The translations under genes and the position numbers were made by a program. A DNA stretch of 63,781 bases, filler included, from Octopus bimaculoides (lineage: Eukaryota), in the NCBI RefSeq assembly GCF_001194135.2. It is 8 parts of 7 records of this genome, joined end to end, with 100 filler letters (N's around TTAATTAATTAA, not from the genome) between each part and the next. Parts side by side here need not be neighbours in the genome. Positions count along the whole stretch, not along the records: positions 11,958 to 27,942 come from NC_068982.1; positions 28,043 to 35,929 come from NC_068997.1; 6 more parts are not named here. One strand, written 5' to 3'. Below, piece after piece: positions 24,501-35,877 of the stretch (positions within the stretch are counted from its first letter, which is position 1; the number at the start of each line of letters is the position of its first letter). The notes beneath the pieces were generated by a model that had not been told where the DNA came from, made no database searches, and saw only the letters and a list, made by a program, of their open reading frames with translations.

Positions 24501-24585
24501 ATAATTTCGATAATCTAACAAGGCATATTGTCCAGTAAAAAAAAAGGTTGCTTCCTCTTCTTTAGAGCAGACCAATGTTACTGCA
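24501..24585 (-). CDS. M6PR-like: Internal exon of the MRH-domain receptor gene
   Basis: Acceptor aatcag|; 85 nt = T + AVTLVCSKEEEATFFFTGQYALLDYRNY; donor |gtaagt. The first base completes codon AG|T from the upstream exon. Confidence 0.85.
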
Positions 24586-24917
24586 CTGATTTTGGGTACC
24601 ATACAAAATAAGATTGTAAATGTTCAGTTTTATTATTTGTAGTAATCCATGTTTGCTACTTCTTAATTACTATCTCATTTTCCTTATCCTAAGAATTAAA
24701 GTATTATGCTAAGTTTAATGAGCCAAAAGATTTTTTCATCTGCAATAAAAAATTTGAAGCTTTTTAGATTTTTGAAAATAAAGATTTCTTACTCATTTGA
24801 GCTACGGAACAATTTTCTTTGCTTACAATATATTTTTCATACTTGAATGGTTTTGATAATACGAAAATTTGACAGAGCAGGTATTTTACAGTTAGGTGAG
24901 AATTCACTATGGCTTAG

Positions 24918-25253
24918 TGAAAGATTAAACTTTATATAACTTAAATCATAATAAAACAATTAACTATATTGTATAATCAAAGAAATTAAATAAAAAGACT
25001 AGTTATTTATCCTATAAAATAAAAAGAAATATTAAACAGTATTAATGGAAAAAATTCAACCCTTATCTAATCGAAGTCTTAGTTTAGGCTAAGATGATAA
25101 ACTTACACCTAATTAATTCTTTTTATTTTATTCACTACTAATTAATTCTTTTTATTTTATGGGATAAATACCTAGTCTTTTTATTTAATTTCTTTGATCA
25201 TACAATATAGTTAATTGTTTTATGATTTAAGTTATATAAAGTTTAATCTTTCA
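24918..25253. mobile_element. AT-rich MITE-like element: about 108-bp near-perfect inverted arms, about 117-bp spacer
   Basis: Arms 24918-25028 and 25146-25253 differ by 3 substitutions and one 3-nt indel. Confidence 0.85.
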
Positions 25254-26439
25254 TTCATAATAAAATTTTCATTCATGTTTTTATATCTATTTATTCTATT
25301 CTTTTTCTTTACGCAATATTTTCACGAGACTTCTTTTGAATAAACGTTTTAGTCTAAAATCTTTTAGTTTAAACTATAGCATCGTTTAGATATGTGCTAC
25401 TTCTGTCTTTATTATTTTAACCTAAAACTTCGTTCAAATTGTATTTTAAACGAAAGATTCGTTAAAATTAGTTTTTGCATATAATATTCCTGTTAGTTTA
25501 TATTATAATAAACATAAAGTTAATTATGGAACGCTTATAATTTTGATATTTTTAATAATATTTTTCTAGCTTAATATAATAAGTATTTTATATACGTTCA
25601 TTTGTTATTTATTGTTGGTTGATATATACATTCTTTTATTATTATTATTGTTGAATTTGGACCTGAAGACTAGCTATATTTTTGAAAAGAATTGATTTTC
25701 GATAGTTTTAATCGATTTAAATATTCCTTCTATTTGAAAATTGGTTATGAAACACGTGTAGTCGTTTTATTATCATTATCTTATGATATTTACTTTGTAT
25801 TATATTATACTTATTTATTGTGCTTTTACTTATTAATTTTTCTATATGTGATAGTGGATTTTCATCAATGAGTTCATGAACCTTGGTTCTTTTCCCTAAA
25901 ACTATNNNNNNNNNNNNNNNNNNNNNNNNNNNNNNNNNNNNNNNNNNNNNNNNNNNNNNNNNNNNNNNNNNNNNNNNNNNNNNNNNNNNNNNNNNNNNNN
26001 NNNNNNNNNNNNNNNNNNNNNNNNNNNNNNNNNNNNNNNNNNNNNNNNNNNNNNNNNNNNNNNNNNNNNNNNNNNNNNNNNNNNNNNNNNNNNNNNNNNN
26101 NNNNNNNNNNNNNNNNNNNNNNNNNNNNNNNNNNNNNNNNNNNNNNNNNNNNNNNNNNNNNNNNNNNNNNNNNNNNNNNNNNNNNNNNNNNNNNNNNNNN
26201 NNNNNNNNNNNNNNNNNNNNNNNNNNNNNNNNNNNNNNNNNNNNNNNNNNNNNNNNNNNNNNNNNNNNNNNNNNNNNNNNNNNNNNNNNNNNNNNNNNNN
26301 NNNNNNNNNNNNNNNNNNNNNNNNNNNNNNNNNNNNNNNNNNNNNNNNNNNNNNNNNNNNNNNNNNNNNNNNNNNNNNNNNNNNNNNNNNNNNNNNNNNN
26401 NNNNNNNNNNNNNNNNNNNNNNNNNNNNNNNNNNATATA

Positions 26440-26475
<36 letters not shown>

Positions 26476-26479
26476 CACT

Positions 26480-26660
26480 CATATATATGTATGTGTGTGT
26501 GTGTACTTTTGTGTCTCTTTTTATGTCCCTGTAACTTAGCGGTTCGGCATAACAGATCAATAGAATAAATACCAAGCTTAAAAAAACTAGTGGTGGGGTC
26601 GATTCGTTTGACTAAAATTCTTCAAGGCCACAGTATAATGACTGAAGCACATCAGGAATT
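26480..26660 (+). mobile_element. SINE 3' fragment
   Basis: ctgtaacttagcggttcggca...tagaataaataccaagctt matches the SINE tail at 55720-55795. Confidence 0.75.
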
Positions 26661-26881
26661 AATATTCAAGTGAAAGAGGAATTTAATCATTACAATGACA
26701 GCCAATGTGCTGTATCACTTTGTAAGGTATTTGCATTAATCTACCTGACTAATAATTTACAGCTGACCAAAATTCATCCAAAAAACTAGATACCCAAAAG
26801 CAAGAAAACATATAAGCAAGACAAAAATAATAATAATGAAATAAATGCAGCAAAGAAAACCATTACAATTTTTAATCATAC

Positions 26882-27012
26882 CTTTGAGTTTTTCCTGATG
26901 GATCGCTGTATGTCAAAATTACATTTCCTTCATCAACTGTAAAGTCAGCAGACTTTATACTTCCTAAGTTACGTGGATTTTGTACAGGAGATATGACATT
27001 GAATTGGCAGAT
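26882..27012 (-). CDS. M6PR-like: Internal exon of the MRH-domain receptor gene
   Basis: Acceptor tctctttatttcatacag|; 131 nt ICQFNVISPVQNPRNLGSIKSADFTVDEGNVILTYSDPSGKTQ+AG; donor |gtatga. The xCQ...LG...G.(V/L).L.Y pattern is that of MRH domains. Confidence 0.85.
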
Positions 27013-27089
27013 CTGTATGAAATAAAGAGATACAAATGAATTAAGCTGAATAAAAGAAGTATAATAAAAAGAAGAAAAATCCAATGATA

Positions 27090-27240
27090 AATTTTCGGAT
27101 AATACCGATTTCAAATTTTGGCACAAAGCCAGCAATTTTATGGAGAGTGGGTAAGTCGATCGCATCGACTCAAGTGCTTAATCATTTTATTGACCCCAAA
27201 CGGATGAAAGGCAAAGTCAACCTCAGTGAAATTTGAACTT
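27090..27240 (-). mobile_element. SINE fragment
   Basis: ttcaaattttggcacaaagccagcaatt...ggatgaaaggcaaagtcaacctc, reverse of the SINE consensus. Confidence 0.75.
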
Positions 27241-27431
27241 TAAATGCAAAAATTTAACTTATGATGAAAGTAAACAAAGTTTGCTTAAGAAGCGTTGAGA
27301 TATTTTGAAAGATACAGAAATAATTTATTCTCAAACACATGATGATGCTAATATAGCATAAACAGGATAAACTAGTTATATAGTGCAGAAAAAATCACTA
27401 CCGGCCAGCCAGCCATGTGAGTCAAACTCAC

Positions 27432-27493
27432 ATCCTTGTGATTACACGTCAAGTGCTTTACCTTTAAGCTAAACTGCCCAGTAACGAATTCTT
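27432..27493 (-). CDS. Tentative upstream exon of the MRH gene (AA+EFVTGQFSLKVKHLTCNHKD)
   Basis: Strong donor GAT|gtgagt in phase 0; joining gives C-NHKDI-CQ (C-x5-C before CQ). The acceptor atattgcag| is weak and abuts an RTE insertion. Confidence 0.35.
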
Positions 27494-27494
27494 C

Positions 27495-27942
27495 TGCAAT
27501 ATATATGAGCTTTGGAAATATTCTGTGCGTGAGAAGACCCAGAAAGATAAGTGAGACCATAACATGTGGCCTTTACCAGGGGTGTAGCCAGCCCACTTAT
27601 GCGTACCTTTTCTTATTTGGACACAAAACCCTGCTTGCGAAGACCTGTTGAGGCAAGTAAAATCGAAATCGAAAATTGAACCAAATTCAATGACTGGCAC
27701 CCATGCCAACCTTCCTTAAGTGGATACTAAACTCAGCTTGCGAAGACCTGTTGGGGCAAGTGAGATCGAAACTAAACCAGATTTGATGACTGGCACCTGT
27801 GCCAGTGGAGCGCTAACAGCATCATCTAAGCAGGATCGCTGACAGAGCAGCAGTCTTGCTTCCGTGCCAGTGGCACGTAAGAAGCACCATTTGAGCATGA
27901 TCGTTTCCAGCTTCGCCTTACTGGCATTTGTGCTGGTGGCAT
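27495..27942 (+). mobile_element. RTE 3' end + tandem-repeat UTR (truncated by gap)
   Basis: tttggaaatattctgtgcgtgagaagaccc...gtgagaccataac matches the reverse complement of 19460-19520. Confidence 0.8.
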
Positions 27943-28042
27943 NNNNNNNNNNNNNNNNNNNNNNNNNNNNNNNNNNNNNNNNNNNNTTAATTAATTAANN
28001 NNNNNNNNNNNNNNNNNNNNNNNNNNNNNNNNNNNNNNNNNN

Positions 28043-28079
<37 letters not shown>

Positions 28080-28080
<1 letters not shown>

Positions 28081-29751
28081 CTTTAATTGTTTCAAGCATT
28101 TGACTGCGGCCATACCTTAAAGGGTTTTAGTTGAACAAATCTACCTCAGGACTTGGTTTTTAAGAGTAGTACTTATTATATCGTTTGCTTTTGCAGCACT
28201 GCTAAGTTGCGGGGACGTAAACACACCAACAATGGTTGTCAAGTGTGATGGGGGGAGGAGACAAACACAGACAAAACACACACACACGGACACACACACA
28301 AAAATACACACACACACACACACACGCACACACACACCCACACCCACACACCCACACACACATATATATATATACATGTATAAAGACAGAGAAAGGGGGA
28401 GAGAGAGATATAGATAGATATAAATATAAATACATATAGATAGATATAAATATAAATACATATAGATAGATATAAATATAAATACATATAGATAGATATA
28501 AATATAAATACATATAGATAGATAGAAAATTATATATAGATATGCATGTGTTTGTGTGTATGTATGCGTGTGTGTGTGTGTGTGTGTGCATGAGTGTGTN
28601 NNNNNNNNNATATACAGGTAGATATATAGACAATCAAATCTCCCACCTTGTTTACGCCAATGCCGATCAAACTTCAAAGGCAACAACAAAAAGTGAAGCT
28701 ATGAGCGTGAAAAACAAAGCAAAAAGAAAACACAAAAACCAAAACAAGGGAACTTGAAATTTCAAAGAAGCAGACGATATGACAAATTTGTCTGATTGTG
28801 TGCGTCATTTATGTGTGTTAACGTTTGGAGCATATAGGTGGGGTATGTGTGCTTGTGTAACCTTCTGGTTGTCTGGATGTGCTTGTCATTGTGTATGTGT
28901 ATGTATTAGTATGTGATAATGTGAGATAAACAGGTAGAGAAAAAGAGAAGCGCATAATTTTGATGAGTGCTGTTTATTGTTTTACTGTTGATGTTATTCT
29001 TGTTAAACACCAAGTAAGCCACTATAGGACATATACCTGTGATCGAAAGGATTCTTAGTCATGACTATCCCGTTTATTTAATTACAGTATATCCAGAACA
29101 ATATCTGTCTTCCAAACTAGCCGATGTTTTCAGAGAAAAAAAAAATCTATACGCGTCAAATATTTCATTTAATTTAAAATATTGAATAAAGATTGATAAA
29201 TAGTGAAACAAATATTGATTTCAAATTTTGGAACAAGGCCAGCAACTTCGGGAGAAGGGATAAGTCGATTACGTCGATTCCAGTGACCAACTGATACTTA
29301 TTTTATCAACCACGAATGGATACAAGGCAAAGTCGAGTCCGGCGGAATTTGAACTCAGAACGTGAAGACGTGCTAACGATTCTGCAAGCTCGCCGCCTTA
29401 ATAATGAAATAATAAGAATTACTTCTCTATTGACCAAATATGAAGATAGAATGAGAAGAATTCTTAAAAAAAAAAAAAACTCAAAAAACTCGAAGACATT
29501 ATTGAAGGGGAAAATCTCAATCCCAATGTTTAAATAGCGGGACCCAAATTTAAGAATGTGGAATACAAACTACTTATTTGTATTAACAAAAATATAGAAA
29601 ACCTGTATGGGATTTTATGGCTTACAAGACATACACCCGTTTCGCTAAATTTACAAGCAGGATTACAAAATTGCTTGATGAAAATTATGCAATTTTATTA
29701 AGTAGTCAATTACCATCCATAGAATTTAGCTAACTCTGTTATATGTGTGTT

Positions 29752-29791
<40 letters not shown>

Positions 29792-30365
29792 TCACACACG
29801 TATTCACATATATGCTTACAAACTCTTATATGTCTACATGCGAACATGTGTGTACGTGTATGTGTGTGCATGATCATGGAAAATGAATAACGAAAACCAC
29901 TGTTTCTTTGATAATGTTCTTTGCGATATTTTTGTGGAACCAAGGCCTCCAGTTATGAAATTCAGTGAGCTATGTGTCCATTAGAAAGTGGTGATATGTT
30001 GGGGCAGACACAAGATCAGGTATAAAAGAAAAAAAATAAGAACACATTAGGTAATGTAACTTATACCAAAACGAAATAGAAAAATGTGAAAAAGTGGGAT
30101 GGACGTGCCCAGAATATCTATGATATGAAGATAATATACTTGTTCGATTATGATCGATTTGGAGTTCAATATACTTTGTACTATAGGCACAAAGCTTGAA
30201 ATTTCGGGGGAGAATTTAAGTCGATTTAATCGATCGCACTCCATAACTGGTACTTATGAAAGGATGAAAGCAAAGTTGACCTCAGCAGAATTTGAACTCA
30301 GAACGTAAAGGCGGACGAAATACCGCTAAGCATTTTGCTCGACGTGCTAACAATTCAGCCGGCTC
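28080..30365 (-). mobile_element. Three SINE copies (28080-28260, 29215-29400, 30180-30365) among microsatellites
   Basis: Each matches the reverse complement of the SINE consensus. Confidence 0.75.
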
Positions 30366-31439
30366 ACTGCTTTGCTTTTTTTTGGGGNNNNNNNNNNNNN
30401 NNNNNNNNNNNNNNNNNNNNNNNNNNNNNNNNNNNNNNNNNNNNNNNNNNNNNNNNNNNNNNNNNNNNNNNNNNNNNNNNNNNNNNNNNNNNNNNNNNNN
30501 NNNNNNNNNNNNNNNNNNNNNNNNNNNNNNNNNNNNNNNNNNNNNNNNNNNNNNNNNNNNNNNNNNNNNNNNNNNNNNNNNNNNNNNNNNNNNNNNNNNN
30601 NNNNNNNNNNNNNNNNNNNNNNNNNNNNNNNNNNNNNNNNNNNNNNNNNNNNNNNNNNNNNNNNNNNNNNNNNNNNNNNNNNNNNNNNNNNNNNNNNNNN
30701 NNNNNNNNNNNNNNNNNNNNNNNNNNNNNNNNNNNNNNNNNNNNNNNNNNNNNNNNNNNNNNNNNNNNNNNNNNNNNNNNNNNNNNNNNNNNNNNNNNNN
30801 NNNNNNNNNNNNNNNNNNNNNNNNNNNNNNNNNNNNNNNNNNNNNNNNNNNNNNNNNNNNNNNNNNNNNNNNNNNNNNNNNNNNNNNNNNNNNNNNNNNN
30901 NNNNNNNNNNNNNNNNNNNNNNNNNNNNNNNNNNNNNNNNNNNNNNNNNNNNNNNNNNNNNNNNNNNNNNNNNNNNNNNNNNNNNNNNNNNNNNNNNNNN
31001 NNNNNNNNNNNNNNNNNNNNNNNNNNNNNNNNNNNNNNNNNNNNNNNNNNNNNNNNNNNNNNNNNNNNNNNNNNNNNNNNNNNNNNNNNNNNNNNNNNNN
31101 NNNNNNNNNNNNNNNNNNNNNNNNNNNNNNNNNNNNNNNNNNNNNNNNNNNNNNNNNNNNNNNNNNNNNNNNNNNNNNNNNNNNNNNNNNNNNNNNNNNN
31201 NNNNNNNNNNNNNNNNNNNNNNNNNNNNNNNNNNNNNNNNNNNNNNNNNNNNNNNNNNNNNNNNNNNNNNNNNNNNNNNNNNNNNNNNNNNNNNNNNNNN
31301 NNNNNNNNNNNNGTGTGTGTGTGTGTGTATGTATGTATGTATATATATATGTGTGTGTGTGTGTGTGTGCATATATATATATATATATACATACATACAT
31401 ACATACATACATATGTATAGGTATGTAATGTATATCTAT

Positions 31440-32530
31440 ATAAATGTGTGTAAGTATGTGGGTTTGCCCCCCACCACGTCTTGGCAACCGGTGTTGGTGT
31501 AATATTGTCGCCGTAACTTTGCGGTTCTGCCAAAGTGTCGGATACAATAAATATCATGATTAAAAAAAAATGCCTAAGTACTCTGGTCGATTCATTTGAC
31601 AGAAATTTCTTCAACACGGTGTCTTAGCATGGCCACACCCTAATGCCTGAAGCAAGTAAAAGATTAACCATTATTTCAGGTGGTGAGCTGGCAGAATGGT
31701 TAGCACGCCAGGCGTAGTTCTTAGCGGCATTTCGTCTGTCTTTACGTCTTGAGTTCAAATTAAGCCGAGGTCGACTTTGCCTTTCATCTAATCGAGATCG
31801 ATAAAATAACTAACAGTAAAGTACTGGGGGCGATGTAATCGACTATCACGCTATCTCAAAATTCCAGCCCCTGTGCCTATAATACAAAGAATTATTGTAT
31901 GTTATTTAAACGAGGCGAGCTGGCAGAATCATTCGAACGCAGGATGCAATGCTTAGTGACATTTTGTCTACCTTTGCATTCTGAGTTCAAATTCCACCGA
32001 GGTCTACTTCGCTCTTTATCATTTTGGGGTCGATAAAATAAGTAACAGACGAGCACTAGGGTTGATGTAATTGATTAGTCTCCTTTCTTGAAATTTCAGA
32101 CCTTGTGCCTGTAGTGGAAATTATTATTTTACCTTATCTACTCATTATACCGCAGACAGGCAAAGGTGCTGTATGGAAGGATTTTGTCGTTAAAACCGTT
32201 CTAGGAATTTACTTTTGAATTTGGTAATTACACTGTCCTCTCCTTTCATCGAAACCTAACTTACAGGGAATCATTATATTAATATAAGCTATCAAGATAT
32301 GAGCTTGTGACTTTATATTTGCAAACACACACATATACATACATACACAAAACACCCTCCCCCATACACACACATACACATATGTGGAGGCACATGGCTT
32401 AGTGGTCAGCGTGATGGATTTATAATCTTAATATTGTAGTTTCAATTCCTGTACCGATCAATAAGCCATGTTATTAAATAAGGTGCTACTCCAACATGGC
32501 CACAGTCCAATATGTGAAAGAAGTAAAAGA
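31440..32530 (+). mobile_element. Cluster of co-oriented SINEs (31440-31670, 31680-31890, 31915-32125, 32385-32530)
   Basis: Repeated heads ggtgagctggcagaat / ggcgagctggcagaat and bodies gagttcaaatt...ggtcgactttgcctttc. Confidence 0.85.
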
Positions 32531-32594
32531 ATAGATGAATATTAGGAAAAAAAGAGATAGTCATAATTTTGTATAATTATTTATTTAACAATCT

Positions 32595-32647
32595 CATCTC
32601 GTTTCAGAGAATCATCAGAAATCCTGACGATCCTCTGAAACGAAATG
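32595..32647 (-). other. 24-bp stem, 5-nt loop hairpin; fully paired (3 G:U) as minus-strand RNA
   Basis: catctcgtttcagagaatcatcag-aaatc-ctgacgatcctctgaaacgaaatg; all three DNA mismatches are A/C pairs, which are G:U on the minus strand. Confidence 0.7.
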
Positions 32648-35258
32648 GAAGTAAATGGTTCAACTAATGGTTACGTACGTTCTTCGTGATTAAAAAAAAA
32701 CAGTAGAAGAATAAAGAAAAACGAAAAAAAAAATTGTATAGATTCTGCTGAAAGTTTGGTCTAATCGTATTATCGAATTTCAGACTAGATCTCTGAAAAG
32801 CAAAATTTTAACTCTCCACCTTCGATCACTATTTTTCTTTATATATATATATATNNNNNNNNNNNNNNNNNNNNNNNNNNNNNNNNNNNNNNNNNNNNNN
32901 NNNNNNNNNNNNNNNNNNNNNNNNNNNNNNNNNNNNNNNNNNNNNNNNNNNNNNNNNNNNNNNNNNNNNNNNNNNNNNNNNNNNNNNNNNNNNNNNNNNN
33001 NNNNNNNNNNNNNNNNNNNNNNNNNNNNNNNNNNNNNNNNNNNNNNNNNNNNNNNNNNNNNNNNNNNNNNNNNNNNNNNNNNNNNNNNNNNNNNNNNNNN
33101 NNNNNNNNNNNNNNNNNNNNNNNNNNNNNNNNNNNNNNNNNNNNNNNNNNNNNNNNNNNNNNNNNNNNNNNNNNNNNNNNNNNNNNNNNNNNNNNNNNNN
33201 NNNNNNNNNNNNNNNNNNNNNNNNNNNNNNNNNNNNNNNNNNNNNNNNNNNNNNNNNNNNNNNNNNNNNNNNNNNNNNNNNNNNNNNNNNNNNNNNNNNN
33301 NNNNNNNNNNNNNNNNNNNNNNNNNNNNNNNNNNNNNNNNNNNNNNNNNNNNNNNNNNNNNNNNNNNNNNNNNNNNNNNNNNNNNNNNNNNNNNNNNNNN
33401 NNNNNNNNNNNNNNNNNNNNNNNNNNNNNNNNNNNNNNNNNNNNNNNNNNNNNNNNNNNNNNNNNNNNNNNNNNNNNNNNNNNNNNNNNNNNNNNNNNNN
33501 NNNNNNNNNNNNNNNNNNNNNNNNNNNNNNNNNNNNNNNNNNNNNNNNNNNNNNNNNNNNNNNNNNNNNNNNNNNNNNNNNNNNNNNNNNNNNNNNNNNN
33601 NNNNNNNNNNNNNNNNNNNNNNNNNNNNNNNNNNNNNNNNNNNNNNNNNNNNNNNNNNNNNNNNNNNNNNNNNNNNNNNNNNNNNNNNNNNNNNNNNNNN
33701 NNNNNNNNNNNNNNNNNNNNNNNNNNNNNNNNNTATATATGCATATACGAATTAGTAACCAAAATTAATTGAATATTAAACATTTCTTAACGTGTAGATA
33801 CCATCTGATAAGAACAAATAAGTTACAGAGACAAAAATTAACAAAAGAGAACAGAATAACACTATGGCTGGTGGTTTTTGATGCATTTCACATATCATGC
33901 TCATGACGGAAATCTGTTTGAACAGAGAAAAACTCATGTACAAAATTTTCGGCATGTAATAAATGACTAGTGCTATTTTGATTCACGCTTGCCACGCATG
34001 TATATTTACATATTCGTAATATTTCCATTCATAGGAGAGAATATTAGTCGTCGACTTTATCTCGTATCCGAAAATTTATTTTATTTTTTTGCTTAGTGCT
34101 TACCTTAGGTGAGCTCTGTAGATCAAATCTTTTTCTTTTCTGATATTCATAATCATATAGAGTGTTCATAATCTTCATGGGACCATTTGCTTCTCGTTTT
34201 CTCATTTTGCATCATCATTTTGAAGTATTTCGCTTAATATTTTTACTTGCAATTGATTGATAACATAAAGTCTGACATTTCAATTCCAATATTTTAGGTA
34301 AAGAGTTATGCAATTACAACTATCTTATGACTATTATTTTAGTGGCATCTTAAATCTAATATTATTCAAAATTTTCCACTCAACACTCATCCATAGATTT
34401 GAGGAAGAGAAAATCTCCTTCGAGTTCGATAATTTTCTGTNNNNNNNNNNNNNNNNNNNNNNNNNNNNNNNNNNNNNNNNNNNNNNNNNNNNNNNNNNNN
34501 NNNNNNNNNNNNNNNNNNNNNNNNNNNNNNNNNNNNNNNNNNNNNNNNNNNNNNNNNNNNNNNNNNNNNNNNNNNNNNNNNNNNNNNNNNNNNNNNNNNN
34601 NNNNNNNNNNNNNNNNNNNNNNNNNNNNNNNNNNNNNNNNNNNNNNNNNNNNNNNNNNNNNNNNNNNNNNNNNNNNNNNNNNNNNNNNNNNNNNNNNNNN
34701 NNNNNNNNNNNNNNNNNNNNNNNNNNNNNNNNNNNNNNNNNNNNNNNNNNNNNNNNNNNNNNNNNNNNNNNNNNNNNNNNNNNNNNNNNNNNNNNNNNNN
34801 NNNNNNNNNNNNNNNNNNNNNNNNNNNNNNNNNNNNNNNNNNNNNNNNNNNNNNNNNNNNNNNNNNNNNNNNNNNNNNNNNNNNNNNNNNNNNNNNNNNN
34901 NNNNNNNNNNNNNNNNNNNNNNNNNNNNNNNNNNNNNNNNNNNNNNNNNNNNNNNNNNNNNNNNNNNNNNNNNNNNNNNNNNNNNNNNNNNNNNNNNNNN
35001 NNNNNNNNNNNNNNNNNNNNNNNNNNNNNNNNNNNNNNNNNNNNNNNNNNNNNNNNNNNNNNNNNNNNNNNNNNNNNNNNNNNNNNNNNNNNNNNNNNNN
35101 NNNNNNNNNNNNNNNNNNNNNNNNNNNNNNNNNNNNNNNNNNNNNNNNNNNNNNNNNNNNNNNNNNNNNNNNNNNNNNNNNNNNNNNNNNNNNNNNNNNT
35201 ATACACACACACATATATGTATATATATACTTATAAATATATATATACATAGATATAA

Positions 35259-35331
<73 letters not shown>

Positions 35332-35845
35332 CGCGTATATATCAAAGAGTTGAGCCTACCTGAAGGGATACGCTTCGCTTCTATGAATATTTACTTGAAA
35401 CGTAACTCAATCAATACGTGAAATTTTACGTAATACTTAATTTCATTTGCGTATTTGTCCTTTAGACTACTTGTATTAAAAGCCGTGCATGTTTAAGAAC
35501 TGAAATATATTTGAATATTAGAAAGTTAGAATCAACCTATCAATGTATAAACAATGGTATGTACAACACCTTTTATACATATGGAAGCATTTGTACAGAG
35601 AAATATAGCAACATATATAGAAATATTAATACTATTTTATCAAATATAGGTACAGAGAAGTGTAGATTCATACACTGCATATGGATAGATACTGGTACAA
35701 ATATATTACATATAGAGTTACATATAAACATAGGTTAAAATATACGTGTCCGCGTGTGTGTATATATACATATGTATATATGTATGTATGTATGTATGAA
35801 TATATGTATATATATTTATATATATCCTTATAAATAGATACATTA

Positions 35846-35877
<32 letters not shown>

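Noticed and set aside
24700-25900. Very AT-rich stretch as a mitochondrial insertion (NUMT)
   Set aside because: No recognisable mt rRNA, tRNA or protein motif; the structure is explained by a local inverted repeat.
29626-29673. 48-nt candidate exon QFCNPACKFSETGVCL for the MRH gene
   Set aside because: NPAC rather than NPC, only two residues before the CQ cysteine, an AAG acceptor, and it lies across a scaffold spacer.
35360-35499. 140-nt segment with good minus-strand acceptor and donor
   Set aside because: Stops in all three frames; it could only be non-coding, and there is no other support.
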